Shown: piece by piece, positions 38,159 through 48,452 of the stretch
Layout of the letters: the number at the start of each line of letters is the position of its first letter
Numbering within the stretch: position 1 is the first letter of the stretch
From: Candidatus Altiarchaeota archaeon
GTDB lineage: Archaea; SpSt-1190
Length of the DNA: 60,364 bases
Direction: 5' to 3'
NCBI GenBank assembly: GCA_018220935.1
Contig: JAAOXU010000030.1
Coordinates: 1 to 60,364 of the forward strand
Notes under the pieces: generated by a model
The model's input: only the letters and a program-made list of their open reading frames with translations
Database searches by the model: none
What the model was told of the DNA's origin: nothing
Program-made: the position numbers and the translations under genes

Positions 38159-39784
38159 ATGGCAGAAAATTTAAGACAACCAATGATTGTACTCCCAGAG
38201 AGTGCACAACGGATTTTGGGTAGAGATGCTCAACGATTAAACATGATGGCTGCAAAGGCCGTAAGTGAGATAATAAGGACTACTTTAGGACCAAAAGGCA
38301 TGGATAAAATGCTGGTTGACAGTTTAGGTGATGTTATTATCACTAATGATGGTGTTACCATACTTGAGACCATGGATATTGAGCACCCAGCAGCTAAAAT
38401 GATAGTTGAAGTTGCAAAGGCCCAAGAAGATGAAGTCGGAGACGGTACTACTACTGCAACTGTTTTAGCAGGAGAGTTACTAAAAAGAGCAGAAGATCTG
38501 CTTGATCAAGATATTCACCCTGTTGTGATTGTTCAAGGTTACAAACTTGCAGCAGAAGAGGCTATGAAAATAATTGATAGGGTCTCAAGCCCAGTAAGTG
38601 TTGAAGATAAACGACTTTTGTTTAAAATTTCAAAAACTAGCATGAATGGTAGGGGAACTGAGAGTGGAATTGAACACTTAGCCTCAATCGGAGTAAATGC
38701 CGTTTTGAAAGTAGTCAATAAAAACAAGGCAGATGTTGAAGACATTAAAATTGAAAAGAAAGCAGGTGGCAGTCTAGAAGACAGCGCACTAATTGATGGT
38801 ATTGTTTTGGACAAAGAAAGAGTTCATACAGGTATGCCAAGCTCAATTAATGACGCTAGGATTGCACTTCTTAATGTAGCTTTAGAAGTAAAGGAACCAG
38901 AGACTGACGCGCAAATTCAAATTACAAGCCCAGATCAGATTGAAGCTTTCTTGAATAAGGAAGAAGAAATGATTAAGCGCATGGTAACTAAAATTAAGAA
39001 TGTTGAAGCAACTGTATTATTTTGTCAGAAAGGTATTGATGACTTAGCCCAACACTTACTTGCAAAAGAAGGTGTACTAGCAATTAGACGAGTAAAGAAA
39101 AGTGATATGACTGCACTAAGTCGTGCAACTGGTGCATCAATTGTAACTGATATCCGTGACTTAAAAGAAACTGATCTTGGATTTGCAAAAATAGTTGAAG
39201 AGAAAAAAATTGCAGGAGAATCTATGACTTTTGTTGAAGGTTGTAGCGATCCAAAAGCTGTTACCATCCTAATTAGAGGTGGAACTGCCCATGTTACTGA
39301 GGAAGCTGAAAGAAGCCTAAAGGACGCACTAAAGGTTTTAGCAACTGCATTAAGTGACGGTAAAGTTGTCCCAGGTGGTGGAGCAACTGAAATTGAAGTT
39401 GGAATCCAATTAGGGAAAATAGCCTCAAAAATGGGGGGTAGAGCACAACTTGCAATTGAAGCTTTTGCTAAGTCTATGGATATTATTCCAAGAAGCCTAG
39501 CAGATAATGCAGGACTAAATGCCATTGATTTACTCGTAAAAGCCAAGAGTGAACACGAGAGTGGAAAGCACAATCAAGGCATTGAAGTTTTTAGCAGTAC
39601 TACAAAAGACATGTTTGAACTTGGAGTCATTGAACCTGCCATGGTAAAAAAGCAGGCAATAAAAAGTGCTAGTGAAGCTGCAATGATGATTTTGAAGATT
39701 GATGATGTTATTGCTGCTAGTAAGATTAGCAAGGGAGACATGGCTGCTGGCATGGAAGGCATGGGCGGCATGGGTGGATTCTAA
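38159..39784 (+). CDS. ths: Thermosome (group II chaperonin) subunit
   Basis: [24 protein letters not shown] tail; AGGTGA SD. Confidence 0.98.
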   Translation: MAENLRQPMIVLPESAQRILGRDAQRLNMMAAKAVSEIIRTTLGPKGMDKMLVDSLGDVIITNDGVTILETMDIEHPAAKMIVEVAKAQEDEVGDGTTTATVLAGELLKRAEDLLDQDIHPVVIVQGYKLAAEEAMKIIDRVSSPVSVEDKRLLFKISKTSMNGRGTESGIEHLASIGVNAVLKVVNKNKADVEDIKIEKKAGGSLEDSALIDGIVLDKERVHTGMPSSINDARIALLNVALEVKEPETDAQIQITSPDQIEAFLNKEEEMIKRMVTKIKNVEATVLFCQKGIDDLAQHLLAKEGVLAIRRVKKSDMTALSRATGASIVTDIRDLKETDLGFAKIVEEKKIAGESMTFVEGCSDPKAVTILIRGGTAHVTEEAERSLKDALKVLATALSDGKVVPGGGATEIEVGIQLGKIASKMGGRAQLAIEAFAKSMDIIPRSLADNAGLNAIDLLVKAKSEHESGKHNQGIEVFSSTTKDMFELGVIEPAMVKKQAIKSASEAAMMILKIDDVIAASKISKGDMAAGMEGMGGMGGF

Positions 39785-39792
39785 TAAATAAA

Positions 39793-39829
39793 GTGGGGGG
39801 AAAACCCCACCCTTTTATATTTCTTTTTT
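39793..39829 (+). terminator. Hairpin plus T-rich tract after the thermosome gene
   Basis: GTGGGG-GGAAAA-CCCCAC followed by CTTTTATATTTCTTTTTT; the TTTATA probably doubles as the next gene's TATA box. Confidence 0.55.
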
Positions 39830-39840
39830 ATCTTCTTATT

Positions 39841-40662
39841 GTGATTAAAGACTACCTTAAGGAGATGAGACTAAAACATTGGTATAAAGCCGGTATTGTT
39901 TTTGTTGCACCGATTTTAGCAGGACTTTTATTCACAGATAAAATAGCAGCAGTATTTTTTGCATTTTTAGCTTTTGGTTTTATTGCAAGTTCAATTTATG
40001 TGATAAACGATCTTATGGATGCAGACAAGGATAGATTACATCCAAAAAAACGCAATAGACCAATTGCAAGTGGTAAAATTTCAAGAAATTCGGCACTTTT
40101 GTTTTCAAGTATTTTGATTTTACTCGCACTAGTTTTTGCAAATAAGTCAAGCACAGAAGTAACTTACCTTGTTGGTTCTTACTTTTTTCTTATGATTTTT
40201 TACACTTATTATCTCAAAAATAAAGTAATTGTTGATGCATTTACTATTTCACTTGGATTTGTACTTCGCGCACTTGCAGGTGGATTTGCAGTTGGCGTTG
40301 AAGTTACACCTTGGCTATATCTTGGTATTTTCTCATTTGCCATGTACTTAGCATTTTGCAAACGATATACTGAAATTAAATTAGCAGGAACAAAACACAA
40401 AAAGACATTAGAGGAATATCAAGAGATTATTCATATTTTAATTGCAATTAGTGGTGCGATTACTAGTGTACTCTACTCGATTTATGCAATTGACAAAGGG
40501 GGACTTTTGTTTTGGTCTGTACCTTTTGCATACTTAGGTGGACTCCTTCATTTGCGTGAGACCTTTTTAGGTAAGGAAGTTCACGAAAGTATCACAAACC
40601 CAGAAGTCTTTTTCACATTTTTAATTTTTGTTTTGATTGTACTTTTTAGTGTTTATTTATAA
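39841..40662 (+). CDS. UbiA prenyltransferase family protein (decaprenyl-phosphate phosphoribosyltransferase-like)
   Basis: R.KHW.K, YVINDLMDADKDRLHPKKRNRPIASG, GFVLRALAG. GTG 39841 chosen by TATA spacing. Confidence 0.88.
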   Translation: MIKDYLKEMRLKHWYKAGIVFVAPILAGLLFTDKIAAVFFAFLAFGFIASSIYVINDLMDADKDRLHPKKRNRPIASGKISRNSALLFSSILILLALVFANKSSTEVTYLVGSYFFLMIFYTYYLKNKVIVDAFTISLGFVLRALAGGFAVGVEVTPWLYLGIFSFAMYLAFCKRYTEIKLAGTKHKKTLEEYQEIIHILIAISGAITSVLYSIYAIDKGGLLFWSVPFAYLGGLLHLRETFLGKEVHESITNPEVFFTFLIFVLIVLFSVYL

Positions 40663-43554
40663 TTAGATTAATTCTTCTTTTTCCTTTTTTTTAGACGCAT
40701 ATATGCCATATAAAAGCACTACTAGCGCTAAAAGAACCCTAAAATCTAATTTAAGATTGGTTGTTGATTTCATAAGGGCATATTGAGAGTAAAGTGCGGA
40801 CACAAGATAATCACCCGCATCGTGGCTTAATTTCGCTTTTTGTATGTATTTTTTTAGCAGGGTTGATGAGATGTCATTTAGGGACTCTAATTGTTTTAAG
40901 AGATAAGTTGACCTTTCAAGATAGGTATTAGACGTTACTAAGTATACTTCCAATTTAGGATTTGGCACAAAATCATAGTATTCTTTTGATGCAGCATCTA
41001 TTTGACTTGATAAAAAGAGTGTGTTAGATTTCTTTAGTTCATCTACTATAAAACAAGTTGGCGTATCAAATTTGTATTTTTTACGAACAGCTTCAAGTAC
41101 ATTATCTTCAATACAACCAAATTCAAAAGCAGGTGGACTAGTTAGTAATACAAAGGGCGAAGTTAGTTCACTTGTTTTATTGTTATAAGTATCATTAAGG
41201 GTGGTAGTAATTAGTGCATCAAACTCGAATACTTTTTTCTCATATGGATTTAAATTAAAGCTAAGTGATGCGTTGTATCCACGCGGATGTTCGACCTCAA
41301 TAATTAAGTTATTAGTTTGAGTTGAGTTAATTAGACTTTCAATTACAAGGCCATTATTTTCACTAAGTTCAACACTTGGACCACTAAACACAACTTTGTT
41401 AGGTTGGTTACATTTGGTTTGAAAATAAACAAATTCTCCATCATAAGTATAGTTATGTGTCGCATTCATTTGTCTCCCACTAAAAGGGTGTTTTAGTTTA
41501 ACGGTACCATATTTTTCACATGTAGGTATAATTACACAAGTGTAATTTGCATTCATGCCAAGGTATGTATAATCACAGTTTATGTTTAGATTCTGGGCTT
41601 TTGAAAAATATGTGGTTTCAAAAAATGCAACACCGTTAATATTTACTAAATTAAGTCTAACTTGACCACCAGAAAAACTAACCGATTTTAGTTTTATTGT
41701 ATCTCCAATAAAGTTTTTTGATGAGATTGAGATGGGTTTATGTGACAATTTGATTACAGAACTTGCCGATTCAAGCATAACTTTGTAAGTATTATTTACA
41801 AATATCTTACACTTAACTTCAAAAGTTTCACCTAAAATGGGTATTTTTGGGATACATACTACAGATGAAGGAATATTAGATGAAAAATCGATTAAAATCT
41901 CTTGGTATTTTTCTTTCATTTCAGCTAGAAAATCGTGTTTAGAGACGTAATAGATGATGTTTTTAATAGGATTATCAAGAAGGGAAAGGGGTAAATTTAG
42001 AATTTCAAAGTCAATTATATTTGATAAACTAATAAGTTCTGCTTTTGTTGTTCTTGCATCCTTAATGTTTTTCTCAAAAAAAGCGTTAGTAATTTTTTTC
42101 CTAAATTCTTTAATTTTAGTTTTTAGTGACGTTAGTTCACTTAAGTCTTTTAAGGAATTTAATTCAATCTCAAACCCGAGGACAGCATCAGTATAAACTA
42201 CCACATTTTTTGGCTCAATATATTTTTCAATTTGACCGATAAGGTTTTTTGTTTGGGTTAGTTCGGATTCTATTAGATTAACTAAAAGTTCATTAGATTC
42301 ATCACTTCGTCCAACAGATTTTAAATGATTTACCCTTACATCCAAAAAGACATTTGAAGTCAAGAGAAGTCTAGTTGAAATATCCCCACCAAAACTACAA
42401 GATGATCCGTAAGAGATACATAAGTTTTCCATAGTCTCAATTTTTGATTCTATATTACTTAGTGCAAGAGACGTTTCAAAATCAATATTGTGTAGATAGG
42501 AGGATAACTCTAAAAGTGTTAGATAAGTATTACCAAGACTTTTTGAGGTTTCAATAGATTCAAAATAATTTTTAAGTTTTTTACTATGATCCCAACCTAA
42601 AAAATCAAACTCAAAGCTATTTGCTAGGAGTTTTGACTCAAATGATATTTCAAGTAATGCAAATTTCACAGATGAATTTTTGAGGAGTGTTTGGATTGTT
42701 TTTACCTCTTCTAAAAAATATTTGGATTCTTCAAATTGTTTATTGAGTTCAAATTGTTTTATATTCACTTCCCCTTCTGCTTCACCTAAAAATTTTGCAA
42801 AGTCATTTAGAAAATCAATTCGAGTCATAACAAGTTGAAAGTCAGTAGACCAAAGTCTCCCAAATTCACGTAAATCATTTTTTGCATAAAACCCTTCAAA
42901 TTTACATAGTGCAGTTACACTTGAGAAATATTGATTTTTAATGTAGAGGGGGAGCCTTTTAGAACCACCAAATAAGTTAACAGCACAGCTCGGTTCATTT
43001 GCATTAAACATTAAAAACGGAGAGAAATCGGCTACAGGGACCATTTTTTGTGATTTTATACTTAAGGTATTAAAACTTACCCCCTCAACAAAAATTCTCC
43101 CCGAAAAAGCTTCAAGATTTTGAGCATTTGCTATTGACAGAAATAAATTTTGAGTGTTGGTTTGCATTATTTTTTTATGTAGATCTCGAATTTCATAATC
43201 AATATCAACTAAAGTGTTTATGTCTTTTTTATATCCTTTTTCAAAAAAACCTAAAATTACATTTATTAGTTTTGGTATGAAGTGTTTTATCTCAAACGAT
43301 TTTAGTTGAACGGAATTTCCATAAATTACTGCTTCACTTTGTTTTACTCGAAGATCACTAACTAAATTTCTAACAAGTGTATAATTTGAAATACCTTTAA
43401 GGTTAGGGAGTTCATAAATCTCAGGGTGATCAATTAAACGCTGACTATACTCATATGCTGCATCTGTATCCCAAAAAAGTTGTTGTTTTAGAAGGGTTGA
43501 ATCTGCAAACGACGTCATAAGCAACAAAGCAAGTACACTAAGTTTTTTTAGCAC
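40663..43554 (-). CDS. Large hypothetical exported protein with C-terminal membrane anchor
   Basis: Signal peptide MLKKLSVLALLLMTSFA; helical middle and beta-rich distal part; TM VLLALVVLLYGIY followed by KKKEK. Confidence 0.75.
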   Translation of the reverse strand: MLKKLSVLALLLMTSFADSTLLKQQLFWDTDAAYEYSQRLIDHPEIYELPNLKGISNYTLVRNLVSDLRVKQSEAVIYGNSVQLKSFEIKHFIPKLINVILGFFEKGYKKDINTLVDIDYEIRDLHKKIMQTNTQNLFLSIANAQNLEAFSGRIFVEGVSFNTLSIKSQKMVPVADFSPFLMFNANEPSCAVNLFGGSKRLPLYIKNQYFSSVTALCKFEGFYAKNDLREFGRLWSTDFQLVMTRIDFLNDFAKFLGEAEGEVNIKQFELNKQFEESKYFLEEVKTIQTLLKNSSVKFALLEISFESKLLANSFEFDFLGWDHSKKLKNYFESIETSKSLGNTYLTLLELSSYLHNIDFETSLALSNIESKIETMENLCISYGSSCSFGGDISTRLLLTSNVFLDVRVNHLKSVGRSDESNELLVNLIESELTQTKNLIGQIEKYIEPKNVVVYTDAVLGFEIELNSLKDLSELTSLKTKIKEFRKKITNAFFEKNIKDARTTKAELISLSNIIDFEILNLPLSLLDNPIKNIIYYVSKHDFLAEMKEKYQEILIDFSSNIPSSVVCIPKIPILGETFEVKCKIFVNNTYKVMLESASSVIKLSHKPISISSKNFIGDTIKLKSVSFSGGQVRLNLVNINGVAFFETTYFSKAQNLNINCDYTYLGMNANYTCVIIPTCEKYGTVKLKHPFSGRQMNATHNYTYDGEFVYFQTKCNQPNKVVFSGPSVELSENNGLVIESLINSTQTNNLIIEVEHPRGYNASLSFNLNPYEKKVFEFDALITTTLNDTYNNKTSELTSPFVLLTSPPAFEFGCIEDNVLEAVRKKYKFDTPTCFIVDELKKSNTLFLSSQIDAASKEYYDFVPNPKLEVYLVTSNTYLERSTYLLKQLESLNDISSTLLKKYIQKAKLSHDAGDYLVSALYSQYALMKSTTNLKLDFRVLLALVVLLYGIYASKKKEKEELI

Positions 43555-44650
43555 GTATATACAACCCCGTCATGAGTGCACCAAAAAGTGCAATTATTGA
43601 AAATTTTCCTACGTTTAATTTTTTAGTTTCTTTTTCTGGTATAACTGACGTATCAAAAAATTCATCATATGTTGAGAGGGGAACAGTACCAGAAATGTTG
43701 AAAGTTAAGGGTGCATCTTTATACCTTTCAACCACAGAGTTTTCATTTTCTAAAAATGTTAGTAGGGGGTAGGTTGACACTCCGTCTGAAAAGTATAGTA
43801 CATCATCTTCGATTTTAACAAGATAAAATCCTGAGAATGTTAAAGGACAATTTATTCTAAAATCAACTACAGAGTCATACAGAGAAAAAAATATGGGGTC
43901 GTCTGATGCTGCAAGCTTTTTTAGAATATTTGTGTATTTGGTAGTTGATTCGTGACAAAGGGGTAAAGTACTCAAATCATCAACTAAAAGACCTAGTGCT
44001 TGAATTCGGGTCAATCCCCCATTCACAACCATACTAGCAAAAAATTCATTTCGTTTGAAAATATCCATAAATGCCGTTTTTTTAGTTTGGTCAAGAGAAG
44101 TTGCTTTAAGGCTGGTTTTTTTGCTTTTTTCAAGTAAATTAAGTATGGTTTTTAGTGTGTCTCCACTACCACAAAGATCAGAAAGGTAGGTTGATTTGTC
44201 ATATGAGAAATATAATTCGGATGCTTTTTCTAGTGAAGTACACTCGTAATCTGATGCATACGCAGCACCAATTGCAAACTCAAGAGACCGTTTAGTGTTA
44301 GCGTAACCTAATGCTTCTTTTGATAGTGCATCTGTTAGAAGATATGGAACTTTCTCTAAAACTACTTCCAAATTCTCTAAAGGTCCAAACTTAGAAATTA
44401 AATTCTTAAAAAATTCTTGTTCAATTATTGATGACACTGCCTTGTCTAAAGATTTTAGTGGTTTTGATGGACAAATTAATTTGTGAAACCCGTATTCTAG
44501 TCGGTCCCCTAAATCGGGCGCAATAATTGCTGCAAGTTTTGGGGACATTTTTGGATGCGAGAATTGATTTGAAAATTTTACAAGGTAAGGAGAATCACAC
44601 GCAGATACAAGTGCTAACAAGAAAAATATTGCGAAGATGTGTTTATACAT
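43538..44650 (-). CDS. Hypothetical exported protein with C-terminal membrane anchor
   Basis: N-terminal IFAIFFLLALVSAC; C-terminal FSIIALFGALMTGLYI followed by RAKK; overlaps both neighbours. Confidence 0.72.
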   Translation of the reverse strand: MYKHIFAIFFLLALVSACDSPYLVKFSNQFSHPKMSPKLAAIIAPDLGDRLEYGFHKLICPSKPLKSLDKAVSSIIEQEFFKNLISKFGPLENLEVVLEKVPYLLTDALSKEALGYANTKRSLEFAIGAAYASDYECTSLEKASELYFSYDKSTYLSDLCGSGDTLKTILNLLEKSKKTSLKATSLDQTKKTAFMDIFKRNEFFASMVVNGGLTRIQALGLLVDDLSTLPLCHESTTKYTNILKKLAASDDPIFFSLYDSVVDFRINCPLTFSGFYLVKIEDDVLYFSDGVSTYPLLTFLENENSVVERYKDAPLTFNISGTVPLSTYDEFFDTSVIPEKETKKLNVGKFSIIALFGALMTGLYIRAKKT

Positions 44651-45066
44651 ATCGGAGATACTACAACGCCGAACGTTTTAAAACCACTGTCTTCTAGACT
44701 TAAAGTAACACAAAGTGAATTCTCAAAAAAAATTACGGAGTCTTCTTGGATTTTTTGATTATTTATAAATTCAGTAAATGAAAAAGATACCTGCTCACAA
44801 AGCAGGTTAGAATAGTCAAAATATCCATAGTTTAGATCACCTTGAGTATCCCAGTAATTGTAAAACTCATCCAGATTATGGTTTGATACTGCTTTAAAAA
44901 AATCAAATTCAAAATTTCTTGCTTGGTAGAATAGTTCTTCAGCATCCATTAGTTCTGATTGTTTTTTTAGTTCAAGATTGAGAAGTGTTGCTTTGGTTGC
45001 GTATAGACTAATTAAAGTTAAACTAACTAACAAGAACCAGGTTAGTGCAAACACTCCGCGGCGCAT
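44614..45066 (-). CDS. Type IV pilin-like protein (class III signal peptide)
   Basis: MRRG|VFALTWFLLVSLTLISLY. Confidence 0.65.
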   Translation of the reverse strand: MRRGVFALTWFLLVSLTLISLYATKATLLNLELKKQSELMDAEELFYQARNFEFDFFKAVSNHNLDEFYNYWDTQGDLNYGYFDYSNLLCEQVSFSFTEFINNQKIQEDSVIFFENSLCVTLSLEDSGFKTFGVVVSPICINTSSQYFSC

Positions 45067-45314
45067 ATTCGCGTCTCACCTCCAATAAACCGTTTAGTGC
45101 AATACATAAATTCAAAATCACAATCAGGTTCTAAATCAACCCAAATACTATGGGTTCCAGTTGGTGTGTATCCGTATAGTAAAACTTGCGCTGCATCTTG
45201 AGTGTAAACTTCAATTTCTCGTGTTAAAACCAGTTTTTCTGGCTGAACTAAGTACAGCAAATTGGGTAGTAAAAAGTACAAAAACAAGAGCTCTATGCTA
45301 AAAAAGCCCTTCAT
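45042..45314 (-). CDS. Type IV pilin-like protein (class III signal peptide)
   Basis: MKG|FFSIELLFLYFLL with Glu at +5; C-terminal Cys residues. Confidence 0.7.
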   Translation of the reverse strand: MKGFFSIELLFLYFLLPNLLYLVQPEKLVLTREIEVYTQDAAQVLLYGYTPTGTHSIWVDLEPDCDFEFMYCTKRFIGGETRICAAECLH

Positions 45315-45339
45315 AGTGTATAGTAGTAATTAGGATTTA

Positions 45340-45419
45340 TATAGCCCGCAAACTAACACCCCACATCATCGACTTATGAGCGTTACACTCCCTCAGTGGA
45401 CTGACCCTGTTGCGGGCCT
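45340..45419 (-). ncRNA. Box H/ACA pseudouridylation guide RNA candidate
   Basis: Basal stem GGCCCGCAA/TTGCGGGCT followed by AUA (ANA box). Internal pocket; upper stem with K-turn CCAC-U-GA / GAU-GA-U-GUGG; 15 nt from pocket top to ANA box. Confidence 0.75.
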
Positions 45420-45498
45420 ATTTTGTGTATCTACGCAATGTAGACACACTAGACAAAAAATAGAGAATGCTTAAATTATTGACGGGTCATATCTATTT

Positions 45499-47109
45499 GT
45501 GGGAAAAGTTGCCGATAAAGCTTGGTACAAGAAAATGTTAAAGAATAAGAAGAGACCTGACATTTTTGAGATAATGTTTGAACCTGAAATTGTTAAAAGT
45601 TTTAGAGGCCCAGTTAAGGGAAATTGGTGGAATCTTAGTGGCGATAAAAAAAATCCATCAAAAACCATGGGACTGACCCCACCACTTCAGCCATTTATGG
45701 TGTTAGTTGAAGGGGATAACTTAAATTACGAATCTTTCATTTTTGACTTTGTAAATGTATTTGCGGGAACTGGTGGTTTTAAGCTTGAAGGACTAAAGCT
45801 TCAGGAAAGATTTTTTTACAGTGAATCTAGCCAGTTACACGGGAATATGCTTCAAAAAACCAGTTATCAGAGAAATCAAGCTAAAGAATACCTAGCTTCA
45901 ATTCAAAATCTAAAGACGGCCATAATTAATATTGAAAGTGATATGGAAAAAATGAATGAGCAACTTAATGCCTTTAAGGCCGGAGATTGGGACCAGATTA
46001 AGGGACTTTTTATTGATAATTATGGTGGACCACAGAGAAGCTGGACTGCTGTCGCAAGAAATGTTCCACTAGTTAGAATGGCCATGACTTGGTTTTTGAG
46101 ATTACAAGTAAAACTAAAAACTGGAGAGGCGATGCCAATCCAAGAATTTACAAAATTAAAGATTACTGAATTTACTAAAACAAAGGATAAAGATGGAAAA
46201 GACTTACTTGGTCCTTTATCTAAAAAAATTAGTGAAAGAAAAGCAAAAATGAAGAAAGCAGCTCAAAAAAATAAGGAAATCATGATAGCTGAGATTGATG
46301 AGTTAGTGAAGTCAGAACAAATGAATCCAGCCATTGCTAATTATCTAAATAGAAAAATTCAAGAATTTTGGAATTGGGTAATTGACTATGTTGGGTGGTT
46401 AACTCGAAATAGAAATAATATACAAGTAAACTTAATTCAACAAAAAGCCAATCTAAAACTTTACATGAGATGGGCAGCAGACCATATACTTCAGTCTAGA
46501 AGCAGTGAGATGGAGAGTATGGATCTTGCTGAAGAAATGCCGGAGTTTGATATTAAAGGCTCACCTTCTGAGATGGTTAGAATAGACTATCTATTTTATC
46601 CAAATGACCAGGGACGACCTGACTTATTTGAAGTTACTGAGCCCTGGATTCCTGTGATTGGTACGTCTATTATGGTTGCAACATCAGTAGAATTACAAAG
46701 GAAATTTATGGAACTTGCAACAGTTACTATGCACGGATATGCTCTAATTGAAGATATTGAGGCCATCTCAAACTACGTGAAAAGTCCAGATAGTCAGTTA
46801 ATTAATATCATGCTTGAAGCAGGTGCAGTTACTGAAGATGAATTGCCTTTAATTTTTACGAAAGAAGAAATAAAGGAAATGAAAGGTGAAATAGAAGAAA
46901 AACCCGAGAAGTTTGCAGATAAGTGGAATAAGGGTATGAGTACTGCCGTTAATAATTTCAAAGGAATGGGTAGATTATTTGGTATTGACTTACCTGCTGA
47001 GAGTCTTCCCTGGACTCGTGAGAGAAGAGCAGCAACAATTGCAGCCGATTTGACTAATAGGGGTATTAGGAACTTCAAAAAAGGTGCAGGTATGCTTACT
47101 TTGGATTAA
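45499..47109 (+). CDS. Hypothetical cytoplasmic protein with coiled-coil segments
   Basis: 536-aa ORF with normal codon usage, TTAAAT box 22 nt upstream of GTG; no motif recognised. Confidence 0.8.
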   Translation: MGKVADKAWYKKMLKNKKRPDIFEIMFEPEIVKSFRGPVKGNWWNLSGDKKNPSKTMGLTPPLQPFMVLVEGDNLNYESFIFDFVNVFAGTGGFKLEGLKLQERFFYSESSQLHGNMLQKTSYQRNQAKEYLASIQNLKTAIINIESDMEKMNEQLNAFKAGDWDQIKGLFIDNYGGPQRSWTAVARNVPLVRMAMTWFLRLQVKLKTGEAMPIQEFTKLKITEFTKTKDKDGKDLLGPLSKKISERKAKMKKAAQKNKEIMIAEIDELVKSEQMNPAIANYLNRKIQEFWNWVIDYVGWLTRNRNNIQVNLIQQKANLKLYMRWAADHILQSRSSEMESMDLAEEMPEFDIKGSPSEMVRIDYLFYPNDQGRPDLFEVTEPWIPVIGTSIMVATSVELQRKFMELATVTMHGYALIEDIEAISNYVKSPDSQLINIMLEAGAVTEDELPLIFTKEEIKEMKGEIEEKPEKFADKWNKGMSTAVNNFKGMGRLFGIDLPAESLPWTRERRAATIAADLTNRGIRNFKKGAGMLTLD

Positions 47110-47158
47110 ACTTTATCATGGCGGGAAATCCATAAATATCTTCTTCATTTAGCCTTAT

Positions 47159-47371
47159 GTGTCTAAAAACAAGGTCGTACCATTCGCCGCAGTTGAAAGA
47201 CTTGCTAGAAAAGCAGGAGCTGAGCGAATTAGTGTTGACGCAATAAAAACACTCTCAGAAATTCTAAAAACATATGCTGAAGACGTATCAATAAAAGCCG
47301 TAAAATACGCACGATACGCCAAACGAAGCACTATAAAAAGAGAGGATGTTGAGTTATCCGCTTCAGAATGA
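47159..47371 (+). CDS. Archaeal histone (HMfA/B type)
   Basis: P.AAVERL.RKAGAERIS ... AKRSTIKREDV. Confidence 0.95.
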   Translation: MSKNKVVPFAAVERLARKAGAERISVDAIKTLSEILKTYAEDVSIKAVKYARYAKRSTIKREDVELSASE

Positions 47372-48375
47372 AAGTTGCCATCCTTTGTATTGATAGAGAC
47401 GATGATTTGGGTAGGAAGGCGTCTATTGATGGCCCAGTTATAGGTAAAAAAAATATTCTAAATGCCGCAGTAAATCTTGCGTTAGCTGATCCATCTGAGA
47501 GTGATGCTAATGCTATGTTTGCCGCCGTAAAACTACATAAAGAAATTAAGGATGAGAGTGAGGTTGTAGTTCTTACTGGTTCTGCCAAGGTAGGATATGA
47601 AAGTGATATTCTCATCAAAAAACAGTTAGAGAAATTTCTAAAGGAGTTTAAGGCTGATGGGGCAATTATAGTTAGTGATGGAAAAGAAGACGAGATGCTT
47701 CTCCCAGTAATTGAATCTATTGTTCCTGTTGTTAGTGTACATCGAGTAACAATTCATAGCGGAGAAGAACTGAAAGGTCTTTTTTATGTAGTCTCAAACT
47801 TTCTTAGTAGGGCAAAAGAGGATCCTCGACTATCTATGTTGCTTTTTGGTATTCCAGGTTTTATTGCATTAGCTTATGCTTTACTAGGTGGACAAGGCTG
47901 GAGATTAATCGCAGGAATATTTAGTGCATGGTTAATTGTCAAAGGTCTTAGAATGGAGAATGTTTTGAGTAGTCTTTTTAGATATTTTAAAGCTTCATTT
48001 ATCAACCTTTCAACTTCATTTTTCTTATACCTTTTGTCTTTTGTTGTTGGTATTATTGCAACAGTTAAGGTAAGTTATATTGAAGGAACACCCCTAGAGA
48101 TTGCAGCAAAAATAGCAGTTGATCCAGCTCTATTGTACTTTTACAGCATTCTCAGTTTACTAATTGGACTAGCTATTGACTCCTTACCAGACAAGAAAAA
48201 GGCATATGGTTTTGCTAGTTCTGGTGTTGGCTTGGGTGTGATAGTCCTCGTGATGAGAAGTGTTGGAAGCTGGGTACTTGACCCAACATACCCCCTGTCA
48301 TATGTTATTACTACTACTCTGTTGGGTCTTGTTGTTGTTACTATGACTAAGCTATCTGCTAAGTTCATCAGATAG
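47368..48375 (+). CDS. DUF373 family membrane protein
   Basis: LCIDRDDDLG, DPSESDAN, VSDG.EDE, C-terminal TM helices. Confidence 0.9.
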   Translation: MKVAILCIDRDDDLGRKASIDGPVIGKKNILNAAVNLALADPSESDANAMFAAVKLHKEIKDESEVVVLTGSAKVGYESDILIKKQLEKFLKEFKADGAIIVSDGKEDEMLLPVIESIVPVVSVHRVTIHSGEELKGLFYVVSNFLSRAKEDPRLSMLLFGIPGFIALAYALLGGQGWRLIAGIFSAWLIVKGLRMENVLSSLFRYFKASFINLSTSFFLYLLSFVVGIIATVKVSYIEGTPLEIAAKIAVDPALLYFYSILSLLIGLAIDSLPDKKKAYGFASSGVGLGVIVLVMRSVGSWVLDPTYPLSYVITTTLLGLVVVTMTKLSAKFIR

Positions 48376-48452
48376 TGGTCATAATCCTATATACTGTAAT
48401 ATATCTATTAGGAAATACATAACATATTAAAACATATGAAAAAGACCATCAC

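Noticed and set aside
39025-39771. 182-aa and 65-aa ORFs antisense to the thermosome gene
   Set aside because: Typical antisense shadow of a conserved, highly expressed gene.
39793-39840. Track start of the UbiA-like gene at 39793
   Set aside because: It lies in the thermosome terminator hairpin and upstream of the TATA box; GTG 39841 preferred.
45344-45417. tRNA-Met-like element (terminal stem, ~75 nt, CTCATAA on the minus strand)
   Set aside because: No anticodon stem around CTCATAA and no TTCRA T-loop; K-turn, pocket and ANA box fit an H/ACA RNA better.
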